This document shows positions 29,531-42,784 of a DNA stretch of 64,000 bases, in pieces. The notes under the pieces were generated by a model. That model was not told the DNA's origin, ran no database searches, and saw only the letters and a list, made by a program, of their open reading frames with translations. Source of the DNA: the human T2T-CHM13v2.0 reference genome, Homo sapiens. Position numbers and translations under genes: made by a program. Where the stretch lies: assembly GCF_009914755.1 (NCBI RefSeq), contig NC_060926.1; one strand, written 5' to 3'. Every line of letters starts with the position of its first letter. Position 1 is the first letter of the stretch.

Positions 29531-30812
29531 ACCGTAGCTCAAGAGAATTTCATCCTCAGGACCTCACCAAGCACTCCAGCTGTGAGCGGCCTCCCCTGAC
29601 TCCCTCCCCTAGTGGGATCATGCCTCCCTGAGCAACATGACAGTCTCTTTATTGTGCATTTTGCTTGTTCCCTCTGCCACCCTTGGGTTTTTACTTATGA
29701 TACCTCTTCTGTGATTGAGAACTCCACCTGAGAGTGCTTACCTAGTTGATCTAAGACAGTACCCTACTGGCAGTAGATGATCAATAAATATTTGTTCTTC
29801 TAGTCTCTCCTGCCCCAGAGTCTTCTAATCCAGTGGATTGCTACCTCACAGGTATATATTTCTCCAGTCTTTGTTTGAAGCATTTCTAGTATACAAGATA
29901 TTTTTTTCTGTGACCCTAGAAAACACCCCATTTCCTCTTATCTTTTATTTTATGGATTTATGAGGACCCTGTGGTCTGTGTTCCCATGCTGCCTTTGTAT
30001 CAAGCTGCAAAAGGCTCTGTGGGGAGGTCTATATGAGGTTGATGGAGAAGCTGTACATATGTGTTTCTGCCTGTTTGCTTCTGGCCATTCTGATCCAGGC
30101 AGAGACCATGTTTTATGTGATACAGGGAATTTATGTGGGAGACAGGCAAGACCAAATTTAGGAGGACAAGTGTCATTGCTTAAGTTGAGATAGAATTTTC
30201 CAGCCTTCCTGTTGGAATTGATATACAAACTAATTAGCAGCTAATTGGTTCATGTCCAAGAAGTAAGAGAAGTCATTTCTCTGGCTCACACTTGAAAGAG
30301 AGCCCAAACAGATAGACACAATCTCCTTTTCCTCTGGTTTCTTTTCCCCCTAGACAGCAGAGGGTGCTGTCTCTGTGTCCCCTGCTGGACACGGGGTTGG
30401 GGAAGCAGGGGGAGGGCTGGGTGGGGGTTCCTGTCCCTTGTGCTGTAGTAGAAGAATGCATTAGATCACCTGTTTCCACTTTTCCTAATTATGGCATTTA
30501 ACCACCCGCCCTCCCCATACACTTGTAGGCACTGTGGGAGGTTTTTGAAGGGTGGGCCTTCCGTCCAAGGTTGATTCAGGGAAATTCCTCCTCCTCAACA
30601 TGCTGCTCAGTGCTTATGCATGTTAGTCTCCGAGCTGCTCAACAGCAGCAGCTGACTTTCAGAGAATACTCCCTCTGTCCCCATGTCATGAAGGAGAAAT
30701 TTTGTGATGATGCCTCAGACAGTGAGGGGAGTAGAGGGGCCTGGGAATGGAGCTGAAGGCTTGGCAGCCAGGAAGGTATCTTTTTATTCTTTTGTAATCC
30801 AGAAGCCAGGAG

Positions 30813-31020
30813 CGCTGTGCAGCAGAGGGTGGAGAAAGACGTAGATTCCATAGCCCTGACCAAGTGTCCCCATGTTTTCTGCCTGCATCCTCATCAATAA
30901 AGTAGGGATGATAGTTATACCTGTCTCACAAAGTCGTAGGGATTTCATGAGTGAATAGGTCTAAGTAATTTTAAATAAATACCACCTGCCACAGAGTAAG
31001 TACTCAGTAAATGTTAGCCA
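30813..31020 (+). mobile_element. MIR
   Basis: cctcatcaataaagtagggatgatag...agtaagtactcagtaaatgttagc. Confidence 0.75.
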
Positions 31021-32585
31021 GTCACATACCTCGAATTTACATTACTAAGATACAGTGAAAGAACATTAGAGATTTCTTATCCATCCCGGTCTCCAAAAGG
31101 AATGCCTGAAATCACTTTAGAGAAATGAATTATTTCTTGTCCTTTTTTCTTCATTCTTCCCTTCTGATAAAATCGAACTCTTTCTTTTTTGAAATGATAA
31201 AGTAGTAGTCATAGGAAAAATAAAAATCTAAGCAGTGAAGAAAGGTGTAAAGTCCGTTTTTCTTCATCAAACTCATAACTACCCAGGGGTAAACAGTTTA
31301 ACAGTTTCTAGAGAACTTTCTGAGAAATCTTCGTGAGCAACTTACAAAACCTCTTTGTGACTGGTCTCCACTTGTGAAGTTTAGATAGTACCTGCCTTGT
31401 CTCTTTCAAAAGGTAGCTGAGAGTGATTGCTGGAAGTCAGACTGTGATAGAGGATATGAAAGCCAGTGGGAAATGACAGAGCGTCTTATCTATGTCACAT
31501 ATCATGAATAATTAACATTTGTCATTTTGAGCATTAAAATTTGGTCTTTATCCACCAGCAGAGAAAGATGTAAGTTATAGACTCTTCCTCCTTAGATTCT
31601 CCAAGCCTTTTGATCTCTAATGAGCCCTTATCATCATTCCCTGAGAGTCAGTCTTGCCTTAGTGCCTGTCGTGTGCCCGGTGCCAGAATTGGGCAGAGGG
31701 GAGACAAGGAGAAAGGAGGTGCCTCTGCCTTGGCCAAGCCTAGATTCTTCTGTACTCAGGAGGTACTTAGAAAGGGCTTTCCTTGTTGACCATGATGTTT
31801 ACAAAAAGTCAGATAAGAATCAAGAGCAAGGAACAAAAATCCAGTCAGAACCTCAGTGCACCTTATAAACCTGTCTTAACTATCTTGTTCTCTCCAGAGC
31901 TGGGGAACAAAGCCCAAAGGAGAGGCTTAGGAGGGGCTTTCCTAGAAGAAGCTGGGGTTGTACTGAGGTCTCTAGCTGTGCCCTCCAAACCAGGCCTCCG
32001 TATGGAAAATGCATACGAAGTTGTGATGTAAATTTTAGTCCTGCCATCCTGCTAGTCAGAGGGGAAAGTGTGTGCCTTAATCTCTGGAATCATATCCTGC
32101 CATTGGCACACAGTTAGGGATTTGCTGACATGAATGAAGGTCTTTAGTTAAACCTGAGTTAATAACTGGAAGGTCTAACGTGTAGTCTCATCCTCTTTTA
32201 ATACATTATCAAGTTATTTAAAGCTCTAATACAAAGAAAGGGAGGAGAAGGTAGGGGCATCTCTTTTTGCCTTTGAGTCTTCTAGGACCTGACCTTTAGA
32301 AAGTCACTGAGGGTACTTGGGGATCGTTTTCCCCAGAGAGCATCGTTCTTAGCTGTCAGCGTTACCCCATCCATTATAGAAAATGATATTTTGACATAAA
32401 ATTCCTAAGGATCTAAGGGCCGAGTCTCTAATGGAAGGAAATCAGCTACCATGGCAGAAATGATGAGTTAAATCAGGGAGGGCCTTGGAGACTGCATAAT
32501 CCATCTCCTTCGTTTTATAGGTGCAGAACTTGGAAACCAAAATTGTGGAATAACTCACCCGAGTTTACACAATGAGATAGTATAA

Positions 32586-32953
<368 letters not shown>

Positions 32954-33713
32954 TTATTGTTATTTTAAAAACAATTATTTTACACATTATCTAGTGACTT
33001 ACCACTGTGGAAAATGAGGATTTAGTTCTGTTTCTCACCCACTACCCACCTCCACAGCCCTATCACATACGCACACCCTTCCCAACCTCCCATCCTCTCA
33101 ATATGGTTTACTGTAATTTTGGTTAAATGAATATATAGTATACATTATTATAACTGTGAAATACCATTTGGAATTCAGTTATGTGGTATGCTATAGTTAC
33201 TTTTCCTTCCCAATGCATTTTTTTGGTTTATTTTCCCTGAAGTTAATAAATATCTCTTTGTTTTCTATGTAATTATTATTGATTCAACCACAAACTCTCT
33301 ACAAACTGTCCATATCTCCTTTTAGCATGTTTAGGTATAAGCAGTATTCTATCAATTTCATATTCTTGGATACATTCTTTGCCAAGCCTTGTAAACTATT
33401 CCAGTCTAAATGGTTACCTTCTGCCCTGTGTGCCTGCCGCAAAGCTGTCACGCTGGGATCCCACTTCACTTTCATCCTAGGCTTCCTTTTCCCACTATCC
33501 TGTGAAGCTCCTGGTTCCAGTATCCCCTGCCTTCCTCTTTCTTTGTATACTGCATCAATTTGGTGAAGCACCTTTAGTAGATTTCTGAGAACAAATATAT
33601 AGGAAGTGAAATATTGAGACTTTCCTTTTATATCTAAAATCATCTTTATTTTACTCTCAGACTTGATAAAGAGTTTGACTGGGCATAGAATTTTAGATTA
33701 AAAAGAATCTTCA

Positions 33714-34078
33714 GATGAGATCATGTCCTTTGCAGGGACATAGGTGGAGCTGGAAGCCGTTATCCTCAGCAAACTAACACAGGAACAGAAAAGCAAACAC
33801 TGCATGTTCTCACCTACAAGTGGGAGCTGAACGATGAGAACACATGGACACATGGTGGGGAACTACACACACTGGGGTCTGTCGGGGATGGGGTTGGGAG
33901 GGTGGGGAGAGGGAGAGCATCAGAAAGAATAGCTAATGGATGCTGGGCTTAATACCTAGGTGATGGGATGATCTGTACAGCAGACCACCATGGCATGCAT
34001 TTACCTGTATAACAAACATGCACATCCTGCATAAGAACTCAGAACTTAAAATAAAAGTTGAAGTTAAAAAAAAAAAAA
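33714..34078 (+). mobile_element. 5'-truncated L1PA/L1PB 3' end
   Basis: atgtcctttgcagggaca...ctcagcaaactaacacaggaacagaaaa; G tract; aataaa and poly-A. Confidence 0.93.
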
Positions 34079-35099
34079 GCATTTTCACTCAATTTTAAGG
34101 TATCATTCCATTGTCTTCCAGCTCTCAGTGCTGCTGTGCAGAAGTCTGAAGTCAATTGAATTCTCAATCATTTGTATGGATCTATTTCTCTTTTCCAGAA
34201 GTGTGTTAAAGCTTTGTCTCCATTATTCTAAAATTATTGAATGATGCGATATAGGTCTGTTTTCATCTATTGCACTCGCCCGGCATAGATCTCTTCAATT
34301 TAGAAAATTAAGCCCTTCAGTTCTAGAAAATGTATTACTTATTTCTTTACTGATTCTTTCTCTTCTGTTTTCTCTTTCTGGAACTATCATTCAGATATTG
34401 GACTAGTCAACTTGGGGTTCACTGTAGACTAATCTGGGTGGCCCACTTAGTTGGGGAACCTCAGACTATCACTATTTCTAGGCCTTTCCTCTTGGAGTGC
34501 TTCGATTACTCCCAGAGTCCTGCCTAAAGGGAGACGGCCTGGTGGCCAGCATCGCAGCAACCAAGTGAAGCCAGATTAGAGGACCCGGCTTCCAGAATAC
34601 ACATGTTTATTTAATTCTCCTGTGTTCAGTACTATACCCTCATGCCCATCTACCCCCACTCCATGCTTAGTCTAGAAATCCTGTTTCACTTCTCCAGAGA
34701 ATAAACCTCTAGGGACAGGGAAAGGGCCGTGCCAAGAAGAAAAGAGAATCTGGATTTATAACTAGTTTTCAACCAAATCTCTCTTTTCTCTCGCTCCACA
34801 TCACCCTCATCTCCAGAGTAACTGTTACTGCATATTTCCTGAGCTTTGGGGATAGGAAGATGGAAATTCTGCAGCAAAAATTTGATTGCTCTTGACCTTC
34901 CCCATTGCTGGTTCAGGATTCAGTTTTCTTGGATCTACTAATTCAGTTACCACTCATCCGTTTACTTTCAAGATTCCAACATTGTGTTGCATTCTTTTCT
35001 TACTCTCTCCATCTTTGTGTGTAATTTTGAGAAGGAAAGTAAAATAGTGGTGAATATTCAATATCTACGGTCTTTATCCAGAAATGAACAAGAATCGTA

Positions 35100-35590
35100 A
35101 TAACAGCAGCAACAACAATAATAGCAAAACACTTATTTAGCCTTTGTGTAGCCAGACACTATTCTAAACACTTTGCACATGTTACTTATTGAGTCATCAC
35201 ACCAACCTTATACAGTAGAAGCTCTTACTGTCCACTGGATTTACAACCTTTCCAAAAAGGAGATGTTGCCACATCCTACCACCATCACTGGCACTGTGTC
35301 AGGTCACCCTGTCCTCTCTGTTGCCAGTCACAGTTTTACATGGGAAGCAACATTGTATGTTGGAGACAGCACAGAGTTTGAGGTCAGAAGAATGAGGCTG
35401 AATCCTGGGTCTGCCTCATCTTTGTTGTGTTTTCCTGGGTAGAATAATTAAACTGTTTGAAATGCAGTTTTCTCAGTGTTCCATGGGAATTATAATGCAA
35501 ACCTCTCTGGACTGCTTTGAAAATTACATGAGAAAACATTTGCAGAAGTGCTGAGTGCAATCTTTGACACCTAGTAAGCTCCATTATTAT
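35100..35590. mobile_element. Two MIR fragments (- then +)
   Basis: gccagacactattctaaacactttgcac; ctgaatcctgggtctgcc...cagttttctca. Confidence 0.6.
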
Positions 35591-35630
35591 TGGTTGGCTA
35601 AACGGAGAACACAGTTCTGGAGTCAGAAAG

Positions 35631-36014
35631 TGAATGGACTGAATCATGCCCCCAACCCCCAGATTCTTATGTTGAAGCTCCAATCCCCAGTACCACAGAA
35701 TGTGATGGCATTTGGAGATAGGGCCTTTAAAGAGGTAATGAAAGCAAAATGAGGTCATTGGGTGACCTAATCCAATATGACTGATGTCCTTAAAAGAAGA
35801 GGAGATTAGGACACAGACAAGCACAAGGGAAGACCTTGTGAAGAAACTGGGAGAATACAGCCTTCTGCAAGCCAAGGAGAGAGACTCAAAAGAAACCAAC
35901 CCTGCCAGCACCTTGGTCTTACACTTCTAGCCTTCACAACTGCAAGAAAATAAATTCCTGTTAAGTCGCTCAATCTGTAGTTTTTTGTTATGGCAGTTCT
36001 AGCAAACTAATACT
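35631..36014 (+). mobile_element. MLT1A-type solo LTR inserted in a MIR (35595-35630 + 36015-36190)
   Basis: tgaatggactgaat...atttggagatagggcctttaaagaggta...gcaaactaatac; MIR core resumes after. Confidence 0.9.
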
Positions 36015-36493
36015 GAGAACCTCAGTTCAAGTCCTAGTATTGCCACTTACTAACTGTGTAATGCTGGGCAAATGACCTCATCTCTCTGAGCCACAGTTTC
36101 CTCATCTGTAAAATGGCTCCACTAATGTATATTAAAATAAGAGGGCAAGGCCTGCGGACTTGGCATAAATTGTAATAGTTAAATAAGCTACTGGGCATAA
36201 AAATGTCTCTGGGGTTGTTTAGGGGCTCAGCCAGTGCCTGAGGAGTTACAGGTACCCCCACGATGGTGGCAGTGCAGTAACACTGCAGTCTGGGAGGAGC
36301 AGGTTGGTGGATATGTGAGTCTGTGTCTCTTTTACAGGCTAAGGGCCCAGATCTCACAACCAGGTGATATTTTATTCTTGTGGTCACTTTGGGACCCAGG
36401 GACAGGATATATTGATACTGATAAACGTGCATGATGGTAACCAATGGGCTGGAAGGGCTGACAGATCTGCTTGCATTATAAAGCTGCAAAGTC

Positions 36494-36899
<406 letters not shown>

Positions 36900-37439
36900 T
36901 CAGCAAAGAAGCTGCCTTTGGAAATGTGCACTTTAGTTATAAAAGTCATTCTGTCCCTCTCCCATGTCATATAGATGAAGAGTTTGTCCCCTACTAAAGG
37001 AATGCCAAATACCAGCATGAGTTTTTCAGGAGTCATCACTTTTATATGGGTCCAAATCTACTTGAGGCTGAGACTATCTTTATCCCAAACTGATTCCATG
37101 CAGTGTTACCTGCCAATGACAGTTGGGGGGTGAAAGCATTGTGACCTAACAAAGGGGAAGGGAGGAGGAGAGAGGAGAGCCTGAGCTGGCTGGGATGAAA
37201 GCCAAGTTTACATTCCTTGGAGGAAGCCGCGTTATTGCTGACCAGCTTAGAAGTAGAATTCTGACTGCCTTTGACATCAGAGGTTTAGAGCAAACAGGAA
37301 GTTTGGAACCAAAGGGAAATTCCTGATTAAATTTGAGTGTTTCAGCTAGTAATGTGTGTTCAGAGCAAAAATTATGAGGGACCCCGTCATCTCTTATTTT
37401 TGTGTCTTTCATGGTAGCTCATATAGAACTGAGAACCCA

Positions 37440-37700
37440 TTATAGTGGTTAAGGGCACAACTCTGGAACCCCTGGTCTCTAACCCTGCCTCTGCGCTCAT
37501 TAGATCTGTGATGTTGGGCAAAGAACTTAACTTCCCTAAACCTCAGTTCCTTCATCTGTTAAATGGGGTTATTACTCCCCCCCCAACCCACACAGAAATA
37601 TTGTGAGAATCAAATGAGAGTTAGTACAAGTAAAGCAGTAACAACTGGTTCTAGTACAGAGTAATTGCTCACTAAACATTAATTAATGTTATTATTATCA
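37440..37700 (+). mobile_element. MIR
   Basis: ttgggcaaagaacttaacttccctaaacctcagttccttcatctg. Confidence 0.85.
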
Positions 37701-39184
37701 TTGTTATTTTGCAAGTGGCTGAGTGCACAGTTCATAAGATTCACTTTGTCCATCTCAAAAATGGGGATGAATGTATCCTGCTAGTTAGTAAACTGATGAA
37801 AACACTTTGTCTAGTTAGAGGCCTCCAAACAAGGGCTAATTTGAGGTGTTGGGACCTGTCCTATATAGGGGAATTTGACATCAATATATTTTATTTTATG
37901 ACTATGCTGTGTTCTATAGAAAGTAGATGCCTTGGAACAATTATTGCTGCAATATATTCAACAGCCAGTACTGAATGCTCCAAGGCTTAGTCATATGATT
38001 TTTGTTTCTTCAATGCCTTTGGCTATTGAATCATTAGATTGAGCTACTAAAAATGAGAATTGTTTCAGCAAACAAGTGGCAGCTTTGCCGTGGTAAGCAG
38101 AGTCCTGTGTGAATGTTTGAAGTTGGTCTCTGTGGTCCCTCCCAGTTGGCCATGTTTGTTTCAAGATGACTCAGTCGGGAGGTGGGGTGAGGAGGAGAGT
38201 GGTAGGGGGTACCATAGTGAGCTGAGGCAGTGGAGACTACACTTAATTGGCTTTGCTTCCCTCTGGTCATGCAGCAGCAAGCTAAGGATTCATACTGCTA
38301 ATTGTTGCCACCTTCTCTCTCCTTGCTTCTGGGTCTCTTCTTCCAACATTCTTGGCCAATTCATTCTGGTAAGCAAGGAGCTGGGTTGCTTTCTTGCTCA
38401 GAAGCCTGCCATGACTCCATTATCCCAAGACATCCCCACTCTTCTGCCACTTACTCAAAGCCACCCATAAGCTGACCCTGCCCCTAAGCTTCCTCTCTGG
38501 GGTTTATATACTGATCTCTTTCTACCCCACAAGATGACCCCTTTCTATCTCCTCAACAGCTTCTCCAGCCAAACTCCTCTTTGAGTCACTACTTGAGCCT
38601 AACAGAGGTGCTCATTGACAGGCCTTTGACACACCCATACACAATGTGCATTTATTACCAAGATCTTAAGCATCAATAGTCACAATACAACATGTTTCCA
38701 CCACCCTGTACCTTTGCTTAGGAATACCATACCTTTTCCTGGAATAAGGTATGGTATTTTTTTTTTTTTTACGCTAACTTTTCATCCTTTGAGATTCAGC
38801 TTCAGATCATTTTTCCTGGCTGTTAGTTATTTCTTCCAGCGAAGTTAGTTATTTCTTCCCCCTGTTAACATTGCATCTGCTACCTTATATTCTAGCACTT
38901 CTTATACTGCATTGCAACTATTTCTTGGTTGACTGACCCTACAGAGTTTCCATAGGTTATGATAAATGTATAGTTATACCCAGTGGCCCATGATTTCTTG
39001 ACTAACCTATTTACATTTATCGAGAAAACTCCAGGGAGGTGAGGGGATTTTCTAAGCATATTTGGCTGCAGGATATATTTTCTAATGGACTTCTCACTGG
39101 ACCGCTCTTCCCCTGGGCTCCTTTCTGTGTGCATGGCCCTATTTCACCTGTCTTTTTAGTCTTCACAAGGTCTGGTTGGTGAGT

Positions 39185-39360
39185 TGCTGCAGTGGAAAGA
39201 ATACAGAGTTAGGAATTAGGGACTAGAACTCTAATAAAGCTCAGTCTTAGTTGGGTGTCCTTGGGCAAATGACTTCTCCTTGCTGGGTCTCAGTTTTCCT
39301 ACCTACAAAATATGGTGGCCAGACTGGATGATCTAGCTCTGTGATCCTAAGATTGTTTGG
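39185..39360 (+). mobile_element. MIR/MIR3 fragment
   Basis: ccttgggcaaatgactt...gtctcagttttcct. Confidence 0.65.
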
Positions 39361-39974
39361 TCTGGGAATGCCTTGAAGAGCATCTGAAAATGAATTTCTG
39401 AAAATCTGTCTCAAAATTACCTCAGTGAGGCTCCAGAAGGTAACTGATCCCAAGTAACAAGAGTGCCCCTGAGGAACATTCAGAGATCCAGGCCCACAAT
39501 TCCTGTCATTCCTCGGAAGGTGAGACTTCATTGGCTGGTGGTCCTGTGCTCTGCTCTCGGTATGTCAAATCACCGTCTGTGGGTTTTCCTCCCTCTCTAA
39601 TTTACCCAAAGTCCTCCCTCTTAACCAAAACAAATAGCTTTTGGGGGATCTGATGTTGCCAAGTTGTATTTGCTCCTGTGGCAAGCAGAGCTCCCGCAAG
39701 GGGCTGTAACCAACCATGTAAGCAAGAACTGCTGGCCGAGGAGCAGGGATGCTTGCTCAGAAGTCCTAGTCCTGTCAGGATTGAGAATGCCACCCCTGAG
39801 ACAACACCCTCTCGGAAGTGGGGCACCTCTCATGAAGTCCCCTCCCGTGTTGGAAATCTGCTCATGCAAAAGCATTCATCAGAAGGGGGTTTCTTTCTAG
39901 ATTTGTACTTTTGTCTGGGGAAGCAACTAAGAAAAATATCTGTTGTTTGAAGAGCAGTATAATTTAAGCAGACA

Positions 39975-40900
39975 TTCATTTATTCATTCAACAGACAACG
40001 AGTAAGTCATTTTTGCTGTGCCAGGTATAGGACTCTAAGATGCCATGACAAGGAAGAAGAGCACATTCTGTCTCTACCTTCTTTCTGAATCTTCCTTCTT
40101 TCCTTTTCTTTTTTCTCTTCTCTTCTCTTCTTTTCTCTTTTCTTGATGGGATCTCGCTCTGTCACCCATGCTGGAGTGTAGTAGCACGATCTCAGCTCAC
40201 TGCAACCTCCGCCTCCCAGGTTCAAGCGATTCTCCCTCCTCAGCCTCCCTGAATAGCTGGGATTACAAGCACCCGCCAACTTGCCTGGTTCACTGTTGGA
40301 TTTTTAGTAGAAATGGGGTTTCACTATGTTTGCCAGCTAGTCTCAAACTCCTGACCTTGAGTGATCTGTCCGCCTTGGCCTCCCGAAGTCTGGGATTACA
40401 GGTGTGAGCCACCATGCCTGGCCTATTTCTTTTTTAAAAAACTGATAACCAGAGAGACAGTCTCTGCCCCTTTGGCACTTGAATTTAGGTGGGGATGGCA
40501 GACAATAAAAGAAGCAATAACAATAAGAGTTATGATAGAAAAAAATATGGAGTTGCCAGGGAAACACATTACAGGGATACCTCAGCCAGTTTAGAAAAAG
40601 TCAAGGAAGGCTTTCTGGAGGAAGTGACCACTCCCGGAGAGATCCAATGGGCTAAGTAAGAGTTGGCCGGAGAAAGAGGACATGGAAGAGTGGCCCAAGG
40701 AGTGGGAATAGCATGTGCAAAGGCTCTGGTGGAGGGAGAGGGAACACCAAATGGGTCTGTGGCTCTACAGAATTTGTATATGCCTGGAACTCAAAGCACA
40801 AATAGAGGCCAGGGACCCTAGCCTCAGAGGCTGTCGAATGACTGTCAAAGCCCTGTAAGTGCACGGTGACATGACCTCAGGTTTTATCTGGAACAACATG
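39975..40900 (-). mobile_element. L2 3' end interrupted by Alu
   Basis: ttcatttattcattcaaca...tgtgccagg; ggaaggctttctggaggaagtgac...agcatgtgcaaaggc. Confidence 0.75.
40090..40423 (-). mobile_element. Alu (AluS-like) with CT-rich tail
   Basis: Full reverse-complement dimer. Confidence 0.93.
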
Positions 40901-41088
40901 TGGGAACTGAAAGATGATCCTAGTATTTAATAGAATTTCAGAGGTGGGAGAAAACTTGGGAGTTTAGTCCTCCAATTCGCTGTTTTATAGATGACTAAAC
41001 TGAAACTCAGAGACGATGTGGCTTGTCCGAGGACACTCGGTCTCATAGCAACACAGACAGAACCATAAGTTGGGACTCTAGTGTTTTG

Positions 41089-41452
41089 GTGGTGTATGCT
41101 GATAAACTGGCTTTCAAAAAAAAAAAAAAAAAAACCCAAAACCCTGATTTGTAGCATTAACTGATTTCTATGGTATAAATATTCTCCCTGGGGCCAGTTT
41201 CAGGCTATCCATGTTGAACAACCAGCTCACAAAATTCCTGAAATTTTAACAATCTGCTCTTGTGAGCTGGTGTGAGCTAGCTACAGGTCCCGGCGGGAAA
41301 GGTGATTGTGCGTGTCTCTTCCCCATTCTGTGTTCAGTCACATTCCATTGGTAGCTTGAAATCAGCCATGATGGTAGTACTTATACCATGGAAATCAGCA
41401 AGGGTTTTCCTCATTGTAAAGCCATTGTTAAGTGCTTGCCAGGACACCACTG
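41089..41452. mobile_element. Two MER63-like (hAT-Blackjack) units in inverted orientation
   Basis: ccctgatttgtagca...aaaattcctgaaattttaacaat; ggtagcttgaaatcagccatg...cttgccaggacaccactg. Confidence 0.75.
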
Positions 41453-42784
41453 GAGTATACAGTTTTCAGGACTAGTAATCAGAGACTCTCTTATGAAGAT
41501 AAGAGAAAGCATTCCAGTGTGTTAACAGGCCTACACTGGGTTCCTTTACATCTCTGGCCTTGATTTCCTCACCTGTAGAATGAGGATAATGTCAAAGTTC
41601 AATAAATTTCAGATGTCTTTAAGATACACCATTATTTTTATTTAAATAAACTTTTTGTTTTAGAACAGCTTTAGATTTACAGAATAGTTGCAAAGATAGA
41701 ACAGAGAGTTGCCACACACCCTACACCAGGTTCCCCTATTAATGAACTAATACTGACACATTATTATTAACTAAGCCCATATTTTATTCCAATTTCCTAA
41801 GTTTTTACCTAATGCCTTCTTGTCGTTGTTCCAGGATCTCATCCAGAATATCATATTACATTTAGTTGTCATGTCTCCTTCAGCTCTTCTTGGCTGTGAC
41901 ATTTTCTCAGACTTTCCTTGTTTTATGACCTTCACTATTTGAGGAATAGTGGTCAGTTATTTTGTAGAATATCTGCCAACTGGGATTTGTCTGATGTTTT
42001 CCTCATGATTAGACTCTGATTATGGATTAGACAGGAATACCTCAGAGGTGAAGTCTTATTTTCATTACATCACATCAAAGGTCCATACTATCAGCATGAC
42101 TTATCATTGATATTGACCTCAATAGTCAATATCAAATGTTTGCCAGGTTTCTCCACTGTAAAGTTTCTCTCCTTTTCCATGCCCTTTTCCATACTGTATT
42201 CTTTGCAAAGAAGTATTATATAAAGCCCACACTTGAGGAGTGACAAATTATATTTCACCTCTGTGAGGGCAGAGTAGCAATGTAATTTATTTAGAATTCT
42301 TCCACCCATGTGCATTGTCTCCTCCACCATTATATATGTATTTGCTCATTTATTTATATCAATATGAACTCATAGATAGTTATTTTATATTTTGGGTTAT
42401 AATTCAATACTACTTTATTTTGTTGCTCGAATTATTACAGATCTGCTTATTGGGAGCTCCATTAGGTGGCTCCTGTGTCTCTTTGACATACCCCCATCAT
42501 TGTGGAGTGGTTTGGTTTTCAGCACTTTCTTACTTTCTGGTATTACAAAATGTATATTTCTTGCCCCAGTCCTAGAATCAGCCATTTTCCTAAGGATCCC
42601 TGGCTTCTTTTATTGGAGAATGGAAATAGAAACCAAAATCTAGGTGCGAAGTGTGCTAGTTGCTGCTGGGATGTCATTTCTTGTAGTCCCTCTCAAAGGA
42701 CAGAACAAGGAATTGTGTGTGTTCTAACTCATGAATACACACATACACATAACTCATGTATAATACACATATTAAGTATTTCTA

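Noticed and set aside
33883-33913. G-quadruplex-like tract
   Set aside because: Standard G-rich tract of the L1 3' UTR
35384-35911. 175-aa ORF
   Set aside because: Spans an MLT1A LTR and a MIR in antisense; no protein-like features
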